36,312 bases of DNA from Thermoplasmata archaeon (GCA_003649695.1 QMSR01000001.1:1-36312); one strand, 5' to 3'; positions 17,737-26,280 are shown, counted from the stretch's first letter. Translations and numbers: made by a program. Notes: generated from the sequence alone by a model not told the origin.

Positions 17737-18780
17737 TTAATCATCCTTTTCTTGTGCTTCGAGGGATGCTACGAATCGCAGGCCATCTATCACTGCCAGC
17801 ATTCGTTCCTTGCTGATGATGACCCGATACGTCTTCTTAATCAGCTCCTTGAGGAAGAGAGGGTGAATGGTGAACACAATATCTGGCCCATCATACTTGA
17901 TCCTCTTGGTCTCACGAAACCACCCTCCGTCCTTGCGTGATGAGACTTTCAGCTGACCTTCAGAGAATGATAATGTCACCTGAGATTCCCAATCTCCTAT
18001 GGATGAAGATGGAGTGTCCATGACAGAAGCTCTGTCCAGTATTTCTACCAAATTCTTGGGAAGCGAAACTGTCTCTCCTTCCACTTCAAAAAATTCGTCA
18101 ATCATCTCTTTGTCGTAATATTTCTCTCTCGACACGATGGCTGAAATGATCATCTTATCGTCTGTCTGAAAATGACACCATCCTTCATTCTTGTCAACCC
18201 CGACCTTCACCAGATTCTGCTTGCATATTGCAAAGACAGAGGAGGCATGAAGGAGAACTGAACCAGGAAAACCTGTACTCAGAGTATACTGCAGAACCCG
18301 ATAACTATCAGTCGCCTCCACGCGATCTTTGGCAATATGGACATGAGTGGTCTTTGGTGCGGTCTCATCCTGGCCACACACTCGAGCACACTGCAATAGA
18401 GATTCCTGCAGATCCTTGTTGACCTTCTTCATCGTCCCGGGGCGAGGAACCTGATCATATGGGAGCAATATTTCTGACATGAGTGTGATTCCTGCTCGCC
18501 TGCGCCTTCCTTTGATAATCAACTCATTCCCTCGTGTGGATATGTCCACCTCATCATCGGGAAATCGCTGCAACATCTTGAGAAAATCAGAAGCTCTCAC
18601 TGCTCCAGTAATCTCATCATTGAATGGGGAGGGGGCTCTTGTCAACACTTCACCATCAAATGTGACCAGCTCACCCTCATTAAAGACGAAGCAACTGCTC
18701 TGCTCAAAAACCTCTTTCACAGTCAGAGCAATAGAGGCATCAGTCAGCCTTTTTCTTACCACCTCTCTTTTTACCTGCAT
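17737..18780 (-). CDS. Sliding clamp (DnaN beta-like)
   Basis: ATDSYR motif, about 350 aa three-domain pattern, next to polymerase and clamp loader; AGGAG RBS before 18780. Confidence 0.75.
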   Translation of the reverse strand: MQVKREVVRKRLTDASIALTVKEVFEQSSCFVFNEGELVTFDGEVLTRAPSPFNDEITGAVRASDFLKMLQRFPDDEVDISTRGNELIIKGRRRRAGITLMSEILLPYDQVPRPGTMKKVNKDLQESLLQCARVCGQDETAPKTTHVHIAKDRVEATDSYRVLQYTLSTGFPGSVLLHASSVFAICKQNLVKVGVDKNEGWCHFQTDDKMIISAIVSREKYYDKEMIDEFFEVEGETVSLPKNLVEILDRASVMDTPSSSIGDWESQVTLSFSEGQLKVSSRKDGGWFRETKRIKYDGPDIVFTIHPLFLKELIKKTYRVIISKERMLAVIDGLRFVASLEAQEKDD

Positions 18781-18901
18781 TCTTTCTCCTATCTTGTATG
18801 ATTTCCTCAAATTCACTGTCAAGATAATGGTACGACAATAGACGGTTACGAATGGATACATCAGGGGGCCAGCATCTTACTCCCGCAAAATAAATCTTCA
18901 T
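18740..18901 (-). CDS. Small protein resembling the N-terminal segment of phage DpdA/TGT-like proteins
   Basis: MKIYFAG...NRLLSYHY; ATGA-coupled to the dpdA stop. Confidence 0.6.
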   Translation of the reverse strand: MKIYFAGVRCWPPDVSIRNRLLSYHYLDSEFEEIIQDRRKNAGKKRGGKKKAD

Positions 18902-19836
18902 ATGAGCCCTCTCTTCATCGACTTGAATGGGCGAGGCCATTCTATCCTCTTTTCCACCTCCTCCATATACCTCATATTGACCACTGCCCGAACCGCGACT
19001 GAATTAGACACTCCAGCCACCTCAATCTTCTCGACAATGACATGATCCTCATGCCGACAAAATATGTTTTCTTCGCCCCTGGCTGATACCTTGTATTTTC
19101 TCTCCTCTCTACGATATGACGATTTCCCTATCACCACTCCCATGTCCTTGAGATATTTATCCACCTGCTTCTTGTGTGCTGCATTCATAGAATCATAATG
19201 AGCACCCTTTTCTTTCCGCAGATCGTTCTTGGTGGAGAAATTCACCACACGAGGTGTCTTGAGATAATTTCGTTCTCCGTCTGGCTCAGTCCAAGGAATC
19301 ATCACCCCGCCATACATAGCACACCTCAACCATGATGCACTGTCACACGAATACCATGGATACCTCAGCATCAAAGGGACTGACGTCACCGCAAACCCAT
19401 GAAACTTGGCCTTGGGCATGCCTTTGTCATCACACACGATTCGCATGCATTGATCAAGCCACAACTGTCTCTGATAAGATGTGCGATCATTTGCAGGGGA
19501 TATTCCAAAGTATGGGACACCTCGACGAATAAATCGCCGCAGCCATTTGAAGTCATCGTTCTGATGGAAGACTGGAAGAACCTTTTCCACTGGCAGACCT
19601 GCCTTCAGCATACGCTGATAATTTTTCCATCCCAGCTCACAGGATGTCTCAATATTTTCTCTGGTGAGAGAAGCCTTGTCACCGGGCCTGCCTGGAATGA
19701 CGTCTAGTGCAACAATGACATCAATCACATCGAGGTGGTCTTTGCAGAATTCAATGTATGCGTCCAGGTCGACCTCAGACCCCTTTGTCCAGACCGAGAA
19801 CGCTCCAGAATCCATCATCAAAAGTTCGACGCTCAT
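18898..19836 (-). CDS. dpdA: DpdA-like 7-deazaguanine DNA transglycosylase (TGT fold)
   Basis: DSGAFS, ALDVI, PVFH, HGFAVT, YPWYSCDSASW; TAATG-coupled to queF. Confidence 0.82.
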   Translation of the reverse strand: MSVELLMMDSGAFSVWTKGSEVDLDAYIEFCKDHLDVIDVIVALDVIPGRPGDKASLTRENIETSCELGWKNYQRMLKAGLPVEKVLPVFHQNDDFKWLRRFIRRGVPYFGISPANDRTSYQRQLWLDQCMRIVCDDKGMPKAKFHGFAVTSVPLMLRYPWYSCDSASWLRCAMYGGVMIPWTEPDGERNYLKTPRVVNFSTKNDLRKEKGAHYDSMNAAHKKQVDKYLKDMGVVIGKSSYRREERKYKVSARGEENIFCRHEDHVIVEKIEVAGVSNSVAVRAVVNMRYMEEVEKRIEWPRPFKSMKRGLI

Positions 19837-20297
19837 TATTCCCTCAATTCCATTCTGATTGCAGGAGTATGGAACCCTTCTTTCTGACTCCATGTAGCAT
19901 GCACTCTGATGGCGAGTGCTCCCCTTGGTGCAAAATCACCTATGACATTCATGTAGACAGGATAAGATACCTGCACAAAATCACGCAGAATCTTTCCTGT
20001 GATACTCTCCATGAATGCTCCGAAATTCCGATAGGCGAACATGTAGAGCTTGATGCTCTTGCTCTCCAGACACACCTTATTCGGAATATATCGCACGGTA
20101 ATGGTGGCGAAATCTGGCTGGCCGGTCTTCGGGCAGAGAGAGGTGAACTCAGGGAAGCTCATCTCCACCATATAATCATCTCCGACATGACGATTTGGGA
20201 AGACCTCCAGCATCTCAACGCAAGGCTCTTCATACGTGTAATCCGTCTTATTGGACCCCAATGATTTCAATTTGCTCACATCATCCAATACAGCCAT
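19836..20297 (-). CDS. queF: PreQ0 reductase QueF (type I)
   Basis: EFTSLCPKTGQPDF and QueF motif ESKSIKLY; PRG near C-terminus. Confidence 0.93.
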   Translation of the reverse strand: MAVLDDVSKLKSLGSNKTDYTYEEPCVEMLEVFPNRHVGDDYMVEMSFPEFTSLCPKTGQPDFATITVRYIPNKVCLESKSIKLYMFAYRNFGAFMESITGKILRDFVQVSYPVYMNVIGDFAPRGALAIRVHATWSQKEGFHTPAIRMELRE

Positions 20298-20306
20298 TCC
20301 TTCTCC

Positions 20307-21221
20307 TTATCCTCGAACAATAGTCAGAAATTCCTCTTTCACACCCTTCTCAGATTTGAAGACACCTTCGAGTGAAGATGTCACCATGATAGAATTTTGC
20401 TTCTCCACCCCTCTACTCGTCATGCAGAAATGTTGTGCCTCAAGAAGACATGCTGCTCCGAGTGGGCGAAGTTCTTTCATCAGAATGCTGGTGACTTGAC
20501 GACATATCCTCTCCTGGATCTGCAGACGGCGGGCGAAACACTCTAGCAATCGCGCCAGTTTGCTGATCCCCACCACCTTACCATCAGGAATGTAGGCTAT
20601 ATGAGCCTTGCCAAAGAATGGTAGAATATGATGCTCACAGGTGGAATAGAACTCGATGTCCTTCAGAACCACCATCTCATCTGATGAATCGTCCTCAAAT
20701 GTTTTGAGGATGTCTTTCGGATCCTGCCTGTATCCTCCATATAATTTATACCATGACCGAACCACTCTTTCCGGAGTCTCCAGCAACCCCTCCCTCTGAA
20801 CATCCTCACCAATATACTGCAGCATACGAACGACATTCTCCTCAGGACCTCGCTCCGCATTCATCCTCTCCCACGGGAACTCCACCCACCTATTCTTCCA
20901 TGATGAATTACGCTTGTCGATGAGACACATCCCTCGAGGATTTCCAGTGGTCTTTTTCCACATCTTCATGGTCCTTCCGGAATCATAGATGTCATCCACA
21001 ATGATATCAGCCAGACCACTATCCTCTGTGATGGATAATAGAGGTGAATGTTGAGCAATGGCCATCGCTGCATACACCCCTCCTCGAGGAATGCCAAAAA
21101 GACGGGCTCCTTCTGGCCATATGTCAAGAATGGCACGAGCACATTGTTTCGCTATATCCTTGACATCCTTCCAACTCAAGCGATAGATATCACTTTGTGC
21201 ATCTGAACACTCAGGCGCCAT
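20307..21221 (-). CDS. folE: Type I phosphoribosyltransferase domain fused to GTP cyclohydrolase I
   Basis: N-terminal GIPRGG, IIVDDIYDSGRT, WVEFPWE; C-terminal REGLLETPERV, CEHHILPF, GISKLAR, LQIQE, HFCMTSRG. Confidence 0.93.
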   Translation of the reverse strand: MAPECSDAQSDIYRLSWKDVKDIAKQCARAILDIWPEGARLFGIPRGGVYAAMAIAQHSPLLSITEDSGLADIIVDDIYDSGRTMKMWKKTTGNPRGMCLIDKRNSSWKNRWVEFPWERMNAERGPEENVVRMLQYIGEDVQREGLLETPERVVRSWYKLYGGYRQDPKDILKTFEDDSSDEMVVLKDIEFYSTCEHHILPFFGKAHIAYIPDGKVVGISKLARLLECFARRLQIQERICRQVTSILMKELRPLGAACLLEAQHFCMTSRGVEKQNSIMVTSSLEGVFKSEKGVKEEFLTIVRG

Positions 21222-21820
21222 AATGGGTTCTCCTTCACGAATTTGACTGCTGGCTGAAAATCTTCGGACAATGGCTGGATGTATAGGTGTCTGAATCGAT
21301 GCCGCAACATTGGTCCATACCTTCTCAATAGACCAATATCACCATTAGGATCCAGCACCACCTTCAGCTCATCTCCGCACCACTTCGAATCCACAAAATA
21401 TGACTCAATAATCTCATCAGATTGCACACCCAATTTCGGTGAGACCGTAATCCAATTGAGAATGTTACTCTGCCTCAAATCCTGCAATACAGGACGAGCC
21501 AGATTTGTCCCATTGGTCTCCATTGCTATCATGCACATAGGGAGTGATGTATGCAATGCAGTCACCAATTCTGCATATTTATGAATGGTAGGCTCCCCAC
21601 CAGTAATCACCACCAAAATATCCGAATGATCATGCGGAATCTGATGACTGATAGCCTTCACCACCTCATCTGCCGAACAATAGAATCTCGGAGGGACATG
21701 AGTATCACACCATGGACATTTCAGATTGCATCCCCATAGACGAAGGAATATTGCAGCTCTGCCTGTCCAATACCCTTCACCTTGAAGAGAGTAAAAGATT
21801 TCACTCACGGGATATACCAT
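21176..21820 (-). CDS. queE: 7-carboxy-7-deazaguanine synthase (radical SAM)
   Basis: EIFYSLQGEG, CNLKCPWCDT, ITGGEP, ETNG, SPK, WRLSVQMHK. Confidence 0.95.
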   Translation of the reverse strand: MVYPVSEIFYSLQGEGYWTGRAAIFLRLWGCNLKCPWCDTHVPPRFYCSADEVVKAISHQIPHDHSDILVVITGGEPTIHKYAELVTALHTSLPMCMIAMETNGTNLARPVLQDLRQSNILNWITVSPKLGVQSDEIIESYFVDSKWCGDELKVVLDPNGDIGLLRRYGPMLRHRFRHLYIQPLSEDFQPAVKFVKENPLWRLSVQMHKVISIA

Positions 21821-22176
21821 GCTTTGTTCCCTTCGCTTTCCTGGACCTCCACCTGTTCCACGCGAGCTGATGAGTTAGAGAATGACAGGTGATTGTCAAC
21901 CTCCTCAGCAATCCACTTAGCGATATTCTCTGCCGTAGGGTTGATAATTTCTTCTGCGCCCACCACATCATTGATGCATTGATGATCCAGCTTATGCACT
22001 ATCTCCTTGAGAGATTTAAAGTCAATTACCATGCCTGTGCAATCCAATTCCTCTGCCTGCACTGTCACCACGATGATCCAATTATGTCCATGCATATTCT
22101 TACAAGCGGAATCATATGGCAAGTCCAGCCAATGAGCCCCTGCAACCTCGATTCGTTTTGACACTCGGAACATCAT
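21805..22176 (-). CDS. queD: 6-carboxy-5,6,7,8-tetrahydropterin synthase
   Basis: AH...CKNMHGHNW, GMVIDF, LDH, NPTAENIA, VQES. Confidence 0.95.
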   Translation of the reverse strand: MMFRVSKRIEVAGAHWLDLPYDSACKNMHGHNWIIVVTVQAEELDCTGMVIDFKSLKEIVHKLDHQCINDVVGAEEIINPTAENIAKWIAEEVDNHLSFSNSSARVEQVEVQESEGNKAWYIP

Positions 22177-22835
22177 TTCTCCTCGTATGCGACCGGATCC
22201 GTCTTTCCAATGAGCCGAAATGCTTCAAGCCTCTCCTGACAGGCTCCACATTTACCACAGGCAAGAGGCTGATGCTTGTAACACGTCCTGGTCATCTCAT
22301 ATGGGACACCATGCTCATATCCCCACCTCAAGATGGACTCCTTGTCACTGTAGATGAAAGGAGCTTCCAGGCACACCTTATTATCTGTGCCAGCCATGAC
22401 TGCATCATTCATGGCTATCAAAAATTCGGGCCTGCAATCTGGATAGATGGCATGATCACCGCTATGAATGCCGAGAAATATCTTCCCAGCACCATTCGAT
22501 TCAGCAATGCCGGCCAAAATAGATGTGAATATCATGTTCCGGCCAGGCACCACCGTGAGCTTCATATTCTCATCCTCATAATGACCTTCCGGGATCTCAC
22601 CTCCACTGAGAAGCAGGTTGGACTTCAGCGCCTTTCCGACATTGCTCAGATCCAGCCGAATGAGATCAATTCCGAAATGCTGACAGAGACGGACAGCACA
22701 CTCACGCTCATATTCATTGTGCTTGCTGCCATAGGTAAAATTGACTGCCAGCGTCTTTCCCAAGATGTCCGAATACCTCAAAACAGTCGCAGAATCCATT
22801 CCACCTGATACGGATACCACGTGCTCATAACTCAT
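22173..22835 (-). CDS. queC: 7-cyano-7-deazaguanine synthase
   Basis: SGGMDS, VPGRN, YPDCRPEF, TCY...CGKCGAC; AGGAGG RBS. Confidence 0.96.
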   Translation of the reverse strand: MSYEHVVSVSGGMDSATVLRYSDILGKTLAVNFTYGSKHNEYERECAVRLCQHFGIDLIRLDLSNVGKALKSNLLLSGGEIPEGHYEDENMKLTVVPGRNMIFTSILAGIAESNGAGKIFLGIHSGDHAIYPDCRPEFLIAMNDAVMAGTDNKVCLEAPFIYSDKESILRWGYEHGVPYEMTRTCYKHQPLACGKCGACQERLEAFRLIGKTDPVAYEEK

Positions 22836-22847
22836 TATTCTCCTCCT

Positions 22848-22904
22848 TAAATAAAACGCCTGAGAGCCCAGCACTTAATATCCATAAGGCTGGGCTGACT
22901 CAGG
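22848..22904 (-). terminator. Long hairpin plus U-tract immediately upstream of queC
   Basis: CCUGAG-UC-AGCCCAGC...GCUGGGCU-CUCAGG then CGUUUUAUUU. Confidence 0.7.
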
Positions 22905-22912
22905 TTGTAGAT

Positions 22913-23485
22913 TTACTTTTGAAACGACAGTTTCTTGTTGCTGTCCTCGACCAGCAGTTTCTCAAACGGATTGTAGGTAGGATTCTTCCCGTCCGACAGA
23001 TAAGTCCGAATGGTGGTTTCCTTTGCGTCCTCAACCATGTCTTGGACAAATTCCACCACCTCCGCCCGAGTCCGCTTCTTCTTCAGGGCCTTGACAATGG
23101 CAGCAAGGATCTCATTCTTCTTGGCAGTCCTGGCTGAACGAGTGGAAGACTCCTTATTGGCAGACTTTTTGGTGGAAGACTTCTTCTTGGACTTGGCCGG
23201 GGGTTCATCCTCGTCATCGTCCTCATCCTCGTTGTCCTCATCATTCTCTTCGTCCTGTCCTTCCTCACCATCGTTTTCGTCGTCCTCGTCGTCGTCTTCG
23301 ATCTGCACCTCAAAACCAATTGAGGCAAAATATTCAATTTCCTCATCTGTCAGATCGATGTCTTCCGGGACACCATTTTTCTCCACCTCTCGAATGATCT
23401 TCTTCTCTGCCCGGTCTGCGGAAATCTTTGCCGTGTAGTTGAGGCCGAGCTTGTCCATCAACTTCACCAATTTTGCACGAGTCAT
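22913..23485 (-). CDS. Protein with acidic/basic linker and possible C-terminal winged helix (putative DNA-binding)
   Basis: AAGGAG RBS; D/E tract; RTRAEVVEFV...ETTIRTYLS. Confidence 0.65.
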   Translation of the reverse strand: MTRAKLVKLMDKLGLNYTAKISADRAEKKIIREVEKNGVPEDIDLTDEEIEYFASIGFEVQIEDDDEDDENDGEEGQDEENDEDNEDEDDDEDEPPAKSKKKSSTKKSANKESSTRSARTAKKNEILAAIVKALKKKRTRAEVVEFVQDMVEDAKETTIRTYLSDGKNPTYNPFEKLLVEDSNKKLSFQK

Positions 23486-23554
23486 TTCTTCTCCTTTTCC
23501 TTTCCTGAACAACAAAACAAAATAAAAATTCTTACACCACATTATCATCATGAA

Positions 23555-23806
23555 TCAATGAGAATGTGATAATTTTCTCATAATTTTTATTTTTCTCTTC
23601 GGAGGAGTATATTTGGAGCGCCATCTGTCTCCTCTCCTCTGACACCATTCCATGACCTCCTTCATGTGATTGTTCCATCGGGTGACACTAGCCACTCCAC
23701 GAATCTGATCATCTGTGCGTCCACGCATCGCCATATCACGCACAAAATCACGAGGAGTACGAGGCTTCGGTTTCTCTTGTTTGATGAATTCTTGATAAGT
23801 GAGCAT
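23555..23806 (-). CDS. Hypothetical protein
   Basis: AGGAGGAG RBS before MLTYQE. Confidence 0.7.
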   Translation of the reverse strand: MLTYQEFIKQEKPKPRTPRDFVRDMAMRGRTDDQIRGVASVTRWNNHMKEVMEWCQRRGDRWRSKYTPPKRKIKIMRKLSHSH

Positions 23807-23814
23807 ATCTCCTC

Positions 23815-25224
23815 CTAAAATACCGAACAACAATATGCCCGACCCAGCGTCAGACATTGTGCTACAGACAGACATTGATAAGAAGAAAAATTAGATTCGC
23901 GCAACACAATCCAATTCAATCTCATGACTCCTTGCTCTTTTTCCTCCTCATTCTGATTGAGGCCCAGCATACCTGTGACATGAGCAAATTTCCTCTTATC
24001 CTCACTGAAATTATCCATTGACATGGTCTCACTGGTGTATGCTGCTCTGTTCGCTTGTGTAGGCACTATCACCAGACAATGCCTTTCTTGACTCAATCTT
24101 CTCAATGCCTTCCATGTCGCATTGATCTGATCTCGCACTGCTTGATGGGTGGTATCTGGCTCAGGTGCAAGAATATCAGGATAATCAATGATGATCACAT
24201 CAGGAATAAACCCCTTCTCAATTTCCCATCTATTCAATATATTGTCAATGCCTTGAATATGAATAGATGAATTCGGATGAGTAGACACCATAAAATGAGG
24301 ATCATTGGATATTCCATATCTGCGCATGAACTTCTTCGTTGCCTTCTTGCACACCTCAGCTCGCGCAATCTTATCCTTCACCACCGTCTTCCATTCACAT
24401 TCAGCACTTCCACCGACCTTCTCAATACTGATAGGGATATTTATCTCACCCAAATCATTCCGAAATAGAGGTCGCGCACATAATCTCGCTCCTATCCTCT
24501 TCATGATCTGTGACTCACTCAGATCCCCCACCTCAAAAAACGCTACCTTCCTTCTATTGGCTAGGCCTCGGAATGCAAATTCCAGACACCACCACGTCTT
24601 CCCTCGTTTTTCCGGGCCCAATATACCTATCAGAGCATCACGAGTGAGAGCATGCTTGAAGAATTTGTCCGCTGATTCATGCCCAAATTTAATAATAGGT
24701 CTCTGAGATTCTGCGAATGCATTATCCCAGGCTTGATCATCATTCAAAGGGTCAATTCCATGGCCTTGCCCTATATTTATTGAGTTATAGGAAGATAAGG
24801 CGATCTCAGCAATCTCTGGGTCGGACTGGTGGATTGCATACTCGATGTCATTTGATAACTGCTTCAACCGCGAGATCGTTAGGTGCTGGGCCGTCATGTC
24901 GAGAAGGTAAGGCACATTCAGCTCCGAAGCTGATTCATATTGGTCCGACAAGTCCTCCAGCATGTCATGGACAGCTTCTATCACATCAGGCTTTGCATGG
25001 GTTTTCTCAGCCCATGCCTGATATATAGACTCAATTGTTTTGCCTGGAGCCTCTTTATATCGTTCATAATGGCGGAGGCACCATTTCACAATAGTCTTGA
25101 TATGACTGGCACTCAGCAATTTCAGGTCTATTGTGGAAGACACCTGACTGAGAAACTCAGATGATGTGATCATTCCAATCACCATCTGTCGTTCCGCATT
25201 ACTATCTACTTTCCTTCTCCTCAT
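23815..25224 (-). CDS. DnaB-like replicative helicase (SF4)
   Basis: AERQMVIGMI, Walker A GPEKRGKT, IIIDYPD, PTQANR, SED. Confidence 0.9.
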   Translation of the reverse strand: MRRRKVDSNAERQMVIGMITSSEFLSQVSSTIDLKLLSASHIKTIVKWCLRHYERYKEAPGKTIESIYQAWAEKTHAKPDVIEAVHDMLEDLSDQYESASELNVPYLLDMTAQHLTISRLKQLSNDIEYAIHQSDPEIAEIALSSYNSINIGQGHGIDPLNDDQAWDNAFAESQRPIIKFGHESADKFFKHALTRDALIGILGPEKRGKTWWCLEFAFRGLANRRKVAFFEVGDLSESQIMKRIGARLCARPLFRNDLGEINIPISIEKVGGSAECEWKTVVKDKIARAEVCKKATKKFMRRYGISNDPHFMVSTHPNSSIHIQGIDNILNRWEIEKGFIPDVIIIDYPDILAPEPDTTHQAVRDQINATWKALRRLSQERHCLVIVPTQANRAAYTSETMSMDNFSEDKRKFAHVTGMLGLNQNEEEKEQGVMRLNWIVLRESNFSSYQCLSVAQCLTLGRAYCCSVF

Positions 25225-26123
25225 TCATTTCCCCTTATTGGTGTAAAGCGAACTTTGAAATGACCATTACCAAGATCAATCCTTTCCACCTCATGTCGAA
25301 ATCTGTTGGGGGTGGGGTTTTCTCTTTGCATGGCGGATTCTATCCTCAGGAATTTTTCTCGGAATGCTGCTCCAGAAAATGCTTCTGGAATGAATTCTGG
25401 GACTCCTCCTGTGATGGTCTTACAATACCAAAGCAATACTCTTTTGAGTCTTTTTATCTCAATTTTCTCAATGGTGTGTAATTGTTTGATGGACTGACCC
25501 CATGATCTCAATTTTGATTTGGAATTGACTTTGCGAAAGGTTGATATGGCATCTGATAACTTTTTGGCGTATCTTGTCCATCTCCTTTCATCAGTTTTTT
25601 GTGGGGTGTTGTTATTTGGAAAAGTATTTGCAGGATGTTCGACGGATGTCGAACGTTCTTTATTAAGTTCTTTTTTAATAGTTCTTGTACCCTCCTGTCC
25701 GAGTACATTTTTGTACTCAGTACTTAGTACATTTTTGTTTTTCTCCGAGTACATTTTTGTACTCAGTACATTTTTGTACTCAGTGACTAATTCTTCTAAT
25801 AGATCTATGTTCACATATATAAATCTTCTGCCATGCACACCTTTTCTCTCCACACTCAAAATCCCTTTATCATTCAAAGATTTTATAGAAGATTTGATTT
25901 GAACGTCCGTATAATAGATATTATTTCGAATTCGTTTGTTGGAAAGAGAAAACCATCCGTTTTTTTCTTCTCCTTTTTTGTGTTTCATATTTGCAATATT
26001 AAAGATCAATGATAGTAGAACAGCATCCCTGGGACTCATCACAAGTAAAAATTTTCTAGGGAATCTAAACCACTCACCATCATCATAAAAAGACATATGG
26101 TTCCAGTATTCTTCATAACTCAT
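25221..26123 (-). CDS. Replication initiator-like protein (N-terminal wHTH, lambda O-like layout)
   Basis: GWF...QIKSSIKSLNDKGILSVERKG wHTH; internal repeats; ATGA-coupled to helicase. Confidence 0.7.
   Translation of the reverse strand: MSYEEYWNHMSFYDDGEWFRFPRKFLLVMSPRDAVLLSLIFNIANMKHKKGEEKNGWFSLSNKRIRNNIYYTDVQIKSSIKSLNDKGILSVERKGVHGRRFIYVNIDLLEELVTEYKNVLSTKMYSEKNKNVLSTEYKNVLGQEGTRTIKKELNKERSTSVEHPANTFPNNNTPQKTDERRWTRYAKKLSDAISTFRKVNSKSKLRSWGQSIKQLHTIEKIEIKRLKRVLLWYCKTITGGVPEFIPEAFSGAAFREKFLRIESAMQRENPTPNRFRHEVERIDLGNGHFKVRFTPIRGNE
25701..25781. repeat. Palindromic iteron cluster, candidate replication origin
   Basis: AGTACATTTTTGT at 25702, 25726, 25748, 25765; full unit GAGTACA-TTTT-TGTACTC is an inverted repeat. 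Confidence 0.85.
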
Positions 26124-26142
26124 CTCAAAACCTCCCTACAAC

Positions 26143-26201
26143 AAAAGGCCCGGCCCCCTCCCACTAGAGGCTCTCCGTGGGGTAGTGAGAGGGGGCAGAC
26201 C
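26143..26201 (-). terminator. Attenuator-like hairpin upstream of the initiator
   Basis: 14 bp stem GCCCCCUCUCACUA/UAGUGGGAGGGGGC followed by CGGGCCUUUUGUU. Confidence 0.7.
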
Positions 26202-26241
26202 AGAAATTTTTCTTTTTGCGGCGGATGGTGAGCCTCTGCAT
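26164..26241 (-). CDS. Putative leaderless 25 aa leader peptide MQRLTIRRKKKNFWSAPSHYPTESL
   Basis: ATG 8 nt after the -10 box; stop codon lies in the hairpin 3' arm. Confidence 0.4.
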   Translation of the reverse strand: MQRLTIRRKKKNFWSAPSHYPTESL

Positions 26242-26249
26242 GAAAGACT

Positions 26250-26278
26250 ACTATACGAATTCCCTGCTACATATGCAA
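26250..26278 (-). promoter_or_regulatory. Sigma70-type promoter for initiator/helicase
   Basis: TTGCAT-17 bp-TATAGT. Confidence 0.75.
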
Positions 26279-26280
26279 GC

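Noticed and set aside
22116..22808. 230 aa plus-strand ORF
   Set aside because: Entirely antisense to a clear queC; no motifs
22836..22912. Canonical preQ1 riboswitch before queC
   Set aside because: No recognisable class I stem-loop with A-rich tail; kept only as an unexplained hairpin
23010..23438. Plus-strand poly-Ser ORF
   Set aside because: Antisense shadow of the acidic linker
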